Source: Eremomyces bilateralis CBS 781.70 (taxonomy: Eukaryota). From it: a stretch of 64,000 bases of DNA. A program made the position numbers and the translations under genes. The stretch lies in NCBI GenBank assembly GCA_010015585.1, contig ML975168.1; one strand, given 5' to 3'. Below, piece after piece: positions 27,435 to 39,135 of this stretch. The first letter of the stretch is position 1, and every line of letters begins with the position of its first letter. Under the pieces are notes generated by a model. It was not told the DNA's origin and made no database searches. It saw only the letters and a program-made list of their open reading frames with translations.

Positions 27435-28744
27435 CTAATACGATTTGAAAACAGCATTAGTGCGCAGGTTGATATATTCCCCGGCGCTAATAGGGGGATA
27501 TTTTGCACCGTCTCCTTTCAAACTTTCAATGCATTCGACAACTTTGCTACGATCAGCTTGAACGAAATAAGGCATTGAAAACCTCTCCTTCGTAAGCTCC
27601 AACCCATCTCCTAATTCACGTTCCGCCGGAGGTTCCACAACACGGTGCAAGTTGGATTTCAGGCTGTCGTTGGTCCTGTTGGGCATCATCATTAGTTACT
27701 TTCCATATGGTACATATTATGAGCATGTCACGGTGAAGAGGGGGTATCATCGTCTCAGTGCTTACCATCGCATAAGGAAATCGCCAACATTCACTATCAC
27801 AGATCCCTCCACAGGTGTGGCAACGACTGCGCAGTTTTCAGTTATGGTTCGGTTTTGCACTACGGAGAATGCACTTACGATACGTGCCGGGATTTTCAGG
27901 ATTCTCTACCTGCAATCCTCCAACATCATCTTGGAACAAGATCGTGATAGTACCAAAATCGGTGTGAGGTGAGGTCCGCGCCGTCTCCCCAGAGCTCAGT
28001 GTGGCCCGCTCAATCGGAGGATACCTAAGGAAGCGGAACAAATTGTCTGCGTCTTCGTGGTAGTGGACAAAGTAGTTTTCCTCCAGGCCAAGACCTATGG
28101 CGATGGATCGGAGGATGTCCAGCGTCAGCTCTTGAGCCTCCATGAAGAATTCTTTGACGAATTCCTCAAATCCGGGAAGAACATCTTTGGAAGGATAACG
28201 GTTGGGCTCACGTTCCTGGCCGATGCCCCAATACGGGCCAGTCTCAAATAACTCCTTTGCATCGGGGATGCCTCGATGTGCCTTCAAACCGTTCTCATCG
28301 TTAGGATCCAGATTTGAGAGTTTCTCCATACCGACGGGTCCATAACCCCGAGCACAAATTTGGAGATTCCCCGGTATTGACTCTGGCTCCGGCCGGCGCA
28401 GCTCAGGGCTCATTAGTACTTCTTGAGGGAGGAGGAAAAGCTTTTTACTCTATATTCAGGTGTAAGCATTCTCCCGAAAAGGGGTTGATGGTATTCAGCC
28501 AAAAGAGAGGCCGCAAGCCACATCGACAGACTGCAAAGACGAAGTTTCAGTGACATACCCAATCGAAAAGAGCCTGAATCCTTTCTTTTGGGAGTCCATG
28601 ATTCACCAGGTACACAAAACCATAAGTCTTGAACGCATAGGTGACCCGATTGGCAGTTTTCATTCTTTCCTCAGAGGTACCGGCACGGAAACCGGAAAAG
28701 TCGAAGACGGGCAGGGACGAGTCCAGTACAGATGTTGAAGGCAT
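27435..28744 (-). CDS. 2-oxoglutarate/Fe(II) dioxygenase (IPNS/DIOX family), about 4 exons
   Basis: LPVFDFS, GFVYLVNHG, RFLRYP, HTDFGTITILFQD, SNLHRV and RFSMPYF (HxD...H...RxS). Confidence 0.92.
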
Positions 28745-29327
28745 AATGACTTATCGGTATAATGATGATGGTAATATTATCTGACATGCTCCACAGCAAT
28801 TCCGGAGTCAAAGTTATGGCTAAGCTGATTATCATGAAATATCTAGGAATAATATACCACCTCCAGATGAAGAGGCGCTTCACACAATGTAGTGTCTCCA
28901 GGTTTGGGCGGGGAAAGTGATTGGCATGACAATATGTGGTCAAGCCTACCGTTATCCGTCTCGATATCCTAGCTTCAGAGATGCGGCTCGCTTTTCTGCA
29001 AGTGGCATGGCGCGAGGCCTTCAGTTTCCAGTGTCCGGGGAATGATCGACCCAACTCCTGACACTGATATCAGTATGCCAAGTGCAACACTACGTTTCTT
29101 CCATCAAATTGATTCATTTTAAATGCTGCGCTCGATCACATGTGATAAGTTCGATAAGTAGATTGTGACGAGCACGTGAAATTTAGTGCAGATGCGGACA
29201 CAAAGATACTAGCACTGACACACTGATATGGTAGCAAAGAGAAGATTTTTCAAGAGAGCGTTCGAAGATGTACTCTTTACGTCTTTCCAAGTTATCAATT
29301 CAGGTTCTATTCGTCACCAACTCAACT

Positions 29328-31443
29328 TCAGAACATAAAATATGTGGCCTGCCTGTCCGTCTCTCTAATGAATCTCTCAGTGGGCGACTCCCAGAGCGGC
29401 CTCCCCTCGGGGGCCGGTGGATCCGTCGTTGCCGATTTCTCCCAGATCCTTTCCGTCGACGACATTATATATTCCCGCGACCGGTCACGGTAGACCTCCA
29501 TCATGGCAGCATGTTTTCGCCGTACCCAATCCCGATCATCCGGTGTTACGGCCTCCCGGGCGACCATGTAGAAGGGGAATGGCACGGACGAGTCGGGGCC
29601 GCAGCCGGGTTGCAGTCGATCCATCAGTCGGAACAGGTGTCTTCGGATCATCTGGACGCGTGTAGACCTCGTGGGATCCAGAAACACACGGCGCATTAGG
29701 AGAATATGCGCGGTCCAATAGAAGCATTCGCAGACAATGTCAAGAGGAGTTTCATCAGATGGAGCCGGAGATAGAGCAGTGGATTCGCCGGACATGGTCG
29801 CGTTGTTATCTTCTCCGCGAAGCATCGCGTCATAGTAGCGGCTCCCCCATATGCGCATCTCGGTCTCCAAACTGTATGCCTTAGCTTGAATCCGAGATTG
29901 CGAGCTATTTTCCATCACTATATCTGCACTTAGCACGGATATCTGGGCTAGGAAGCAGAGAACTCGTTGCGGACAACCTTGCATCTGGCGGAACGAGGGG
30001 TCCGCATGATCAAGGTCCTCATTGCTTTGGTACATGTAGAAGTCCAGTGGCGCCAATGGAGCGCGAAAACGTAGATGAGCGAGTACAACGTCTACCATCG
30101 CGAACCGATAGACGAGTAATCGCGGGAAGATGGAGTTGGCAGGTTGATGAAGGTAATTCAGGCCCCGAATGAAATGTGAAGCACACTTCATGTGGATTTC
30201 AGCGCATCCGATCCCCGTCATAAGCACTGATGACGTTTGCATCATGATGGCGGCTAAAGCAATCTCTCTGTGCGAAAGTATCGAGAAAACACCCTTTGTC
30301 TGGAAGATACTTCCAGACTCAACTCTGGTGGCTTCGCCCGCATCTTTGTTCCCACATAGATCATTCAGAGCCTCCTGAAGAGAATTGAGCGCTCGTGTTT
30401 GCCGTAACGACAGTAAACCCTCGCTGCTCCGACCGTAGTTGTACATGTGACCAGTAGCGACCGAGAGTATGCCATGTAGGAGGACTGGGTAGGAGAGTGC
30501 GACAAGAGCAAGCTTTCGATACGGGTTCTGAGCTCCATCATACGCAGGTATACAAGTGCAGACTCGTTTGAAATCTGAGTTAGTTAGCAATTGCCGAGTT
30601 CCCGGACGAGTAAATTATCATTTTTACTGACAATATGCAAATGCAATCTCCTCCCCTGGGCTTTGAAATATCTGGAATAGGAGGCTGTTTAACGTATTAT
30701 CAATGACCCAAGAGCTAAAGCCGGCGGGTTGCGAGACGTCTTGGCATGATTCATCATCCCCTGATATCCCATCCTGGATGTCGTTGTCGAGCTCTTCCAC
30801 AGTCGTGGATTCCTGCATCTCAAACCCTCCCGGGAAATCGTCTTGAAAGGGTAATTCTTTAGAACCATGCGGTTCGTTGGTGGATCGTATGATATCGGGC
30901 CATCGTAGACATTGCGCATCCATAAAGTCGGCTCCCAGCTCCGGAAACAAATCGAGCGATGCTGGGTCTAAGTCCAGTACATTTGGTGGGTCTTCAACCA
31001 CTGGACGCGCCGTGAGAATTTCTTCTTGGGTATATGAGCGAACTCTCTGCATCGGCGCCTCAGTAACCCTAGTTGTAGGCTGCAATGGTATCTCTGGCGA
31101 AGGTATTCGCTCGCTGCGTGTAGCATGTGTCGATGGAGGTGACGCCAGAAATCCTTGAGCGGTAGAGGTCGTTACGCGTTTGGTGGATTTGTTCTTCTGG
31201 CGCTGTGCCTTATCGAAGGAGTTAATACTGCCAATGCTTGTCCATTTCAATGTCGTCTGGTAACCGCATTCAAGACCACGGGATTGGCAACTCCGGCATA
31301 TCGGTCGTTGTTCGTCACACTTCCGATGCTTGCGACGACATGTGGTGCATCCTGTTCGTTATCAGCAGCTCTCCAGTTCCCCGAATGAGCAGATCACAGG
31401 ACAAACCGAAGCGTGATCTTGACTGAACGCTGGCCGCCTGCAT
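29328..31443 (-). CDS. Zn2Cys6 transcription factor with fungal-specific TF domain, 3 exons
   Basis: Splicing gives MQAASVQSRSRFG-CTTCRRKHRKCDEQRPICRSCQSRGLECGY. The C-terminal region contains NPYR...LLHGILSVA. Confidence 0.9.
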
Positions 31444-32129
31444 CTTTATTCCTGCACTTCGTCGTGATATTCCGGGATATTTCTTGACAATGAGGGTATC
31501 GCGATAGTCTATAGTGCTCGACAGCAAGCGTAACGCGATACTCTCTCAGTCCTTCGTAGTATTTCATAGCAACATTCTGGACTATATAGAGAACTGTTTG
31601 GAGTTTATCAGTTAGCCGAAAGGCGGGGTGTGATAGGGAAATGCTGATCATCAACATGAATGCCATGAAGCACTAAGTTGATAACTCGCCGAAGGAAGTA
31701 TAGCGTTCATCCCATATTCCCAAGTATTGCTCCAATTTTCAGGGGTCGGAGCGGAATCAAGGAAACCATTCTAGCGGCTCCAAGTTTCTCAAGGGAATTA
31801 CATGCAAGATACTGGTATCAACCTTATCTATCCAGGGTTTGCTAGACATTCATGCGAGGACATGGATAGTGGGAATGACGAATGAGCGAGAGAGAACTAA
31901 AAGTTAACCACCAATGAGGCGGAGGAAAGGGATCGGCGCTTGTAAAAAAAACCAGAAAATCGATGCTTAGAGAGCTGGAATGGAATCACTAACTATTGGG
32001 AAAATGGAGAAGAATGAGACTAGTAACCGTTCCCCAGAGTAGTTAATCCTGAGATAGCTTATAAGCCACGATATGACATGATAAAAGTGCAAGAAAGGTG
32101 ACTCCGACTATGTATAGTTTAGGGAATGA

Positions 32130-32212
32130 TTAACTAACTAACTAGTTAGTTAAGTTAACTTTAGTTAACTAACTTAGTTAGCGTGCTTAGTTAGTTAGCT
32201 ACACTAAGTTAA
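32130..32212. repeat. TAAC/TTAG low-complexity tract beside the Tc1 element
   Basis: taactaactaactagttagttaagttaactttagttaactaacttagttag. Confidence 0.7.
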
Positions 32213-33503
32213 GTAGACATGTGTCTGGGCACACCCCCGAAAATCACCAAATTTGATCGCCATACACCGTATCTTGAGATACACTGAAAAACACGTACAA
32301 ATGCAAATTCAGTCTACTTTTTTGATTTCTTAATTGGGAAATATCTAATATTTCGTACGCCACCCTTTTGCCTTGGTTAATGCCTGTAGACGTCGCGGAA
32401 TTGAGTCAATCAGCTCTCGGATCGTCTCCTGAGGGATCGCCCACCACGCCTCCTTTAACGCCGCATTCATGGCCTCCCGTGCCTCCTCCGAGGCGCCCAT
32501 CATCTTCAATTCAGGGTGGAGCTCTATGACCTTGGTTTCAACAGATGCCACATGTGTTCGATGGGGTTGATGTCTGGGGAATTGACCGGCCAATCTATGA
32601 CCCAGATGCCGTGCGTCTCCAGCCATTCTTGGGTGATTTTGGCCGTATGGATCCTTGCGTTATCCTGGATAACAATATCCCCGGGCTCGTACGTATGGAG
32701 GAGTCCCTCCTCCAATGCAGCGATGTAGGATTTCGCGGAATACCCCTGTCTTGCGGAGGTTTCGTCGCGGTCCATGATCACCAGATCTGATCGCCTATCA
32801 CGCGAAATTAAGCCCCAAATAATCTGCGAAATCGCCTTCCCTGACGTCTTTGGCTCTACCATTCACGGTTTATACGCTTCGTGGTACAGGCGCCATACCC
32901 ATACCTGCTTACCGCCCGCCCCGTTCTCATACGAGCACTCGTCCGTAGAGTGGGTCCGGGAGAAGTCGAATTTAAGGAATTCGTGGGCAAACCGGAGGCG
33001 GTCTTTTGCGTGATGGGGCTTCAGGTGAGGCCTCTTTTTCGCTCGCCATTTCGTAAGGTGATATTTCTTAAGGGTTCGGTAGATGGTCTTCCTAGAAACG
33101 CGGAGGTACGAAATACCTGCGAGGAGCTCTCCGTACTCCATTTTAGGAAATCGACGCACGATTTGAACAATATGCCGTTCGTCAGAGCGTGATAGCTTAT
33201 GGGGACCCTCTTCACGGGATAAGGATACGGTGGTTTGGTGTTTTTTCCACCTCTCTATAGTCCCATACACAGCGTGTCGAGAGACGCGAAAGTTGCGCGC
33301 GATTTCAGTCTTCGGTTTCCCATCTTCAATAGCCTGAATAATCCCAACTTTTTGATAGACTGATAACTCCTTATTAGGCCCTCGATTACCACTAATTTCT
33401 GTGCCAAAAGGCCTCATTTTGGTAAAGTTATTGATTGTCAAAGTAAGTGGTGGTGTAGAGATATTCAGCTGAGAATGGGGTCTGTGCCCAGACTCTTGGC
33501 TTA
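32210..33503 (-). mobile_element. Tc1/mariner (DD34E) transposon with pseudogenised transposase (33417-32345); element ends approximate
   Basis: HTH N-terminus, STDECS and QDNARIH...WPVNSPDINPIE with 34 residues between D and E. In-frame TGA at 32863-32865 and a frameshift near 32536. Inverted core GTCTGGGCACA at 32223-32233 and 33483-33493. Confidence 0.88.
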
Positions 33504-34834
33504 TGCCTTATGGTAGTACTCCGTACTTTAACTAGATAATAGCACTGCACTCCTTTAATATCTTGCGAACCGTTGGCACCGGCGCTCTTTTTGGATGGAA
33601 GAGATTGGGGGCGAGTTTCTCGCTCCCTTCATCGGCGGTGATAGGTTCTAGTACCATATTGCAAAGCAATCTATTTCATACAACCTTGTCGACCATGCAT
33701 TCCAGCACTTCTATGCGCGTCCTTTTGATTATACACGCGCTCTGAATTCCCACCAACCTATCGATTATTATTGATCGATCGCGATCTCATTAGCCTTCTC
33801 GCTTCTGTGTCGTTTACGGAGTTCGCCTTCCGCGAGCGAGCGAACTCGTTCCCGAAGCCTGGTCGAAGTCAAAATCATTGGGAATCAATCTCTCCCACCA
33901 GTCAGCAAGCAGGAATAAACTCGTATAGTTTGAATTTTGTTGATTCTGTTCGATGTCTAATGACTTACTATAAATGAAGATCTCTTGGCAGAGTGCTCAC
34001 GATCACTGTTGGGTACTTGGAGACCTGGATATCTCGCATAATGTTTTTCACGATGCACCATCCCCAGGAGACGGCCCTAAGTTACAGGAAACAAATCACC
34101 AATTCTTCCAACATCCAAAGGGCTACATTTCATGGAAAACAGAAACATTAGATATGTCTAAACAGTCTATATGTCAGGGGAGGATCTAGTCCCATGTCCG
34201 TCTGTTGTAAACGGGCTCACGGGTAACATCAAACCTGCTGACCCGACTTTGGCTGCCGGTAAGCCTCCTATCGGATAGCGGTTTCTATATGCTCTAAACC
34301 CGTCCGGCAGCATACTTACAGCAGAATATGATACAGTCGTCTTGGCCTTGTCTGCCAAGTGTGCGGAGCCAGAATTGGCCAAGATAGCAGACGAATGTTC
34401 TTATCATGAAGTGGGAGACCATCCAAGATTAAGCTCCTTGAGAATATCAAACGGGTATGTAAACGTTGCTGTCCGCGACTTGGCCCTCCCAGTGGCTAAT
34501 GAAAACGCTATCAAAGTTATTCTCTGAGTTATATTGCTTCTACTAGCAAACCATCCACACTTCGATTGATCCAGGCTCAGTTCATCTTGCGATTGCTCGA
34601 TTATTCCACTGTCATAGTCTTAGCCCTTGCCTCCCCGTAATTATCAGCATCTTGTCTAATCTATTCATGAAGCACTATATTACCCCTTTTCCTAACCCCT
34701 AGGGGAATGAGGAAAGTGTATAAAAAGACATGGCTGGCCTAGACTCGATTGCTCCTCTTTTTAGCACGCAGCTAGTCGGTTCTGACCAACTTCATTCTCT
34801 TATTGCCGCGTCTCAATATTATTTCATCAACAAC

Positions 34835-35798
34835 ATGCGTATCTTATCTACTATTTCTCTGGCTGTCCTCGCTGCGGCGGCACCTGTCGAACTGGTGGAG
34901 CGTCAGTTTGGTGGTGGTGGTGGCGGATCAACCTCGAATGAGTTAACTCAGGGCAGCTGCAAGGAGGTTGTCTTCATCTTCGCGCGTGGTTCAGGGGAGC
35001 CTGGAAATATCGTGAGTTCATGGCATATTCCTGTTCAACCGGGAACGATAAACTAAATCGATTTGAAAGGGTATGATCATCGGGCCCCCCTTGATTAGCG
35101 CCCTCAAGGCGCTAGTCCCAAATACGGCCGTCCAGGGCGTCCCATATTCGGCAGGTATTGCAGGCAACCTACAACGCGGCGGTACGGATCAAGCGTCTAT
35201 CAACACAGCCACCCAGATCTTTAACCAGGCGAACACGAAGTGTCCTGATTCTATTATCATCGCCGGAGGGTATTCGCAAGGCGCTGCCCTTATGCACCGC
35301 ACGATCGAGAAGCTACCCGACAATGTTAAGAATAAGATCGCTGCCGTCGTCACCTTCGGTGATACCCAGAACGAAGAAGATAAGGGTACGATCCCTAACT
35401 TCCCTCCTGAGAAGGTCAAGATCTTCTGTAACGAAAACGACGGAGTCTGCGGCGCCAGCCTTTCGGTTAATGCGGGCCATATGTCGTACTCCACCTCGAT
35501 GAAACCCGCAGCCCAATTCCTTGCTGATGGCGTTAATAAGGCCAAGCAAGGTGGTGGTGCTAGCAGCGGCAGCTCCTCTGGCAGCTCCTCTGACGGCTCC
35601 TCCGGTAGCCCAACTGGTGGCCCTAGTGGCCTTGGTGGCCTCGGCGGGATCTCTGGCGGCGGCGGACTTGGCGGGCTCTCTGGCAGCGGCGGACTCAGTG
35701 GGCTGTCTGGTGGTCTGGGAGGCCTCAGAGGCGGTGGACTCGGCGGTCTGATGAGCGGCGGCCGTGGTGGACTTGGCGGTCTGAGGGGCGGTTCTTAA
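34835..35798 (+). CDS. Cutinase (CE5) with Gly/Ser-rich C-terminal tail; intron 35012-35069
   Basis: Signal peptide, [16 protein letters not shown] nucleophile, FGD and CNENDGVC...H. Confidence 0.93.
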
Positions 35799-35812
35799 AC
35801 GGATGTTGCGGA

Positions 35813-35862
35813 ACGGAAGAGCGGATGGGATTCTCTATGTTCAGCTTGATGTGGCCGTGTGT
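35813..35862 (-). pseudogene. 5S rRNA pseudogene, 5' ~50 nt only
   Basis: acggaagagcggatgggattctctatgttcagcttgatgtggccgtgtgt aligns without gaps to 45605-45654 of the intact 5S. Confidence 0.85.
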
Positions 35863-35972
35863 ATCAGAGAGCGAAGCTTTCCACGATATCAAATTCGATC
35901 ATGGATCCATTCCGCTCTGCTTCTATCCAGCTACCGTGCCTCTACGAACAATGTGCAAAAAACAAAAAAAAA

Positions 35973-35994
35973 ACATACAGCAATGGGAGTTCCC
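35973..35994 (-). pseudogene. 3'-terminal 22 nt of a 5S rRNA gene with its oligo-T terminator
   Basis: acatacagcaatgggagttccc is identical to 45536-45557 and is preceded on + by an A-run (Pol III terminator on the minus strand). Confidence 0.85.
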
Positions 35995-36912
35995 CATAAC
36001 TCTCCCGCCGGTATAAAAGAGGTCGAAATCAGAGTGTCAATACCACCGAGAGACGCGGAGCCGTCGATAATACACTCTCTGCACCCAGGGTAAAGCTTGT
36101 AAAGATGCCGTTTCTCCTTAGTTTTCCAGTCTCGCTCTCAGTCACCGTTTTGTTCGTAGTCTACAGTACTCTCCTTCAGTTCTAGTCTCATCAAATTCGG
36201 CGGTATTCGACGCTATCAATACTCCAAGCAGCGAAAGTTCTCTACATCCATTCTAAAGAAACGTCTCGACAGTGGCACCACGACACTTTATTATGAATGG
36301 CGAAGCCCGAGAACAGGAGGCAGAAGAACTTCTAGCTGATTTCCAGAGCAAGCCCCTCGATGATACGGTCCCAGTATCGGACAGAACTTCGTACAAGCGC
36401 GGCTACGCTATGAGGCTCGTCAACCCAAGTGGAGAACTGATTTCGGGACCCGTCTGGGAGGTTTCTAATGTGAGGTCTGTCTTCTACTTGTGCATAGAAG
36501 GATAGTAACATCCAGGTAGTGGATTGTCCACGAGCTTCCTTCGCTTACCAGAATCTCAAACGAACCTAGGCGCAAAAAGCGGACTGCGAGTCTGCGACTG
36601 CTCTACCGCCATACAAGATTGTCATTACCCATGACCTCCATCGACACCACAGCTAATCTTTCGTGATTCTTAAACCCTTTTTGCGAACTATTAGCGCCAA
36701 AACCTCTTCCATACCGCGATGTTGTAACATCTCACGGCACGTATCACGTATACCCGCTGCAATCTATCGAATCACGGTTTGCTCCCGCTTCAACTAGAAG
36801 CTTTGCTTCAACAAGCCCACTAGAGAGTACTTTCTGGAACCTTTGCGATTCGCGACAGAGTACTCTGTAGGGATGAGTGCAGATGGTATGGGATGATATG
36901 CCTGCTCTTGTC

Positions 36913-36933
36913 CAACAACAACAACAACAACAA
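36913..36933 (+). repeat. (CAA)7 microsatellite
   Basis: Read directly from the sequence. Confidence 0.9.
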
Positions 36934-37149
36934 CAGCGACGATACATGATAGCCTACTTAAAGCGAGCGCCTCGGATAGCTCCAACTTTCGCGTGTGATT
37001 GCAAAGTTAAGCTTTAAGTCCGCTGGGAATGCTACGTACCAGAGGGCCTGTCCGCCGCCAGCCCGATCACCCGAGCAAATCTGAATTTGTAGTTTCAATC
37101 GGCCTGTCCGTGCTATGGTATTAATACAAGAATATTAGAATACTAATAC

Positions 37150-38774
37150 TCATGCTGGTTTCCACTCATAGTGATGTGCCCCTTTCTCAGTCTTCCCAGG
37201 GTCTTCGCCATTAGCATGCGGCCTATCATACGAATGAGCGCCAAAGTAATCCATCTCCGCTTCCATGAACTGGGTGGGCAACATCGTACCACCTGCATAC
37301 TTGACATATTCCAAGCTGGCACTCAAACTCGGCACATAATTGTCCCATTCCATCGCCTTCAGCACGACATTCTTCAGCGGCTGGAAGTTTTCGTGAAGAA
37401 CAGAAGACACTTCATCAATGAGCTTTATGTTCATGATGGGTTGTTCCTGGGCATTGTCGGAATGAAAAACTGGTTCCAGCATGTCGGCAATGTGCCCCGC
37501 TTGGATAATACATCCAGCGCGCCAGATGCGGATGCAAGTGCCGAGATCAATGTCCCAGCTCTCGTCCTTGCTAGCGCGTGCGATGAGTTCGAGTCCCTGA
37601 CAAAAGCTGCAGAGAAACGAAGCGTAGACCGCACGCCGCAAGTCCTCGAGGAATGCTTTCTTAATGTTCTGCGTTGCCTCCTGTGGGACTGGAATGTTGT
37701 CTAGAATCTTGAGATTCTCTGCCACGCGTAGTCGTTGATCTCGATTACCGCTGGCTACACGGAGAAAATGACCCGTTGCTATTGTCGGGGCAGCAACGTG
37801 CCGAAGAGCTGCTTCTGAGACTGTCCAATACCCCGTGCCTTCAGAGTTGTCGTCGTCTTGTACGACCTTATCCAGCACATCGTCGAGAACGAAGCCAGCA
37901 GTACCTGCACCTTCGCCCTTCTTGTCACCGCTAGGAGTTTTCCTTGTCCGGCAAATCTCGCTACCTATCTGTACCAAGTACGTGTCTCGCAGCTCGCCAG
38001 TAGAGTCCCATTTCTTGAAAACTTCACCAATCTCATCGTACGGCATCCTCAAAGACTTGTGCATAATTGACCAAGCTTCACTGATCGTGGAGAGCATGCC
38101 ATTTTCGATGCCGTTGTGGACCATTTTAACCTGGATGAAAATTAGCTAACGATGCAATGGGATGCGAAGGTGCTTACAAAATGCCCGGCGCCCCTTGGTC
38201 CAATATATGCAACACAAGGCTTTTCGCTCTTGGGATCCTTTGCCGCAAACTTCTCTAGCAGTGGCAGCACTTTCTCAATTGCCTCCTTGTTGCCGCCTGG
38301 CGACATGCTCGGGCCTCTTCGAGCACTTTGATATCCGCCACTAACACCCATGCCTACCCAATGCACATTTTCGCTTGCTAGTGCCTTCTGGCGTCGTTCT
38401 GTGTTGCGATAGTGCTCATTCCCGCCATCCAAGATGATGTCGCCTTCTGTAAGGTAGTCCCAAATCTTTTCCATGACGCTATCGGCCGGCTTTCCATGCG
38501 TGATGCTGAAGATGTACACGGCGGGCTTGTCGCCTTTCATTGAATTTGCAAAGTCATGTATGTCACGGAACCCTTCGATCTTGCCCTTCAAGAGCTTCTC
38601 CTTTTCCTGCGCCTCTTTTGCCATGTTTATTGCTTGGGAGACATTCTCATTAGAAATGTCCCACAGCGAAACATCTAGACCTTGCTCAGCAAATCCAAGC
38701 GACATCATTGTGCCCATGTTACCAGCACCGACGATGCCGATACGTTTGTAGGTTTGATTTTGATTAAATGCCAT
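37150..38774 (-). CDS. gnd: 6-phosphogluconate dehydrogenase (decarboxylating), 1 intron
   Basis: IGIVGAGNMG, ILDGGNE, GMGVSGG, GPSMSPGG, GAGHF|VKMVHNGIE, IWRAGCII and DYFGAHSY. Confidence 0.93.
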
Positions 38775-38928
38775 GATTATGGAGGTTGTAGCAGTATGAT
38801 TTTTTAGCTAACATGTGGCGAGTGAAAACTATCGTAATAGCAATAGTTTACTAGAGGTTGAGTCTTAGAAAATAAATCTTATGAAAGTAGCGGGGAATTT
38901 TGACACTATCTTTGACCCAAATATCAGT

Positions 38929-38936
38929 TTACGTCA
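38929..38936. promoter_or_regulatory. CRE/ATF-like site TTACGTCA in the gnd-mpi divergent promoter
   Basis: Matches the bZIP T(G/T)ACGT(C/A)A consensus; function is not shown. Confidence 0.45.
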
Positions 38937-39135
38937 GTATTTACTAGGAAGCGTTCGTTGTTGCGTTGCGGCAATGACGACAGTATTACGCCGCCGTGGA
39001 TACGTTTAAGGAGCTAAAATCGCATCCTAGATTTAGCACAGGAACGTCTTCAGTCTATTTCGACAAAAACCGCGTCCATTTTCTCCCACTGACTGAAAAC
39101 TCAACCATCCATTTGCTCCCAATGTACATACCGAC

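Noticed and set aside
11850..31443. Secondary-metabolite biosynthetic cluster
   Set aside because: No PKS, NRPS, terpene synthase or DMATS core; the enzyme set looks catabolic, although a non-canonical biosynthetic role is not excluded.
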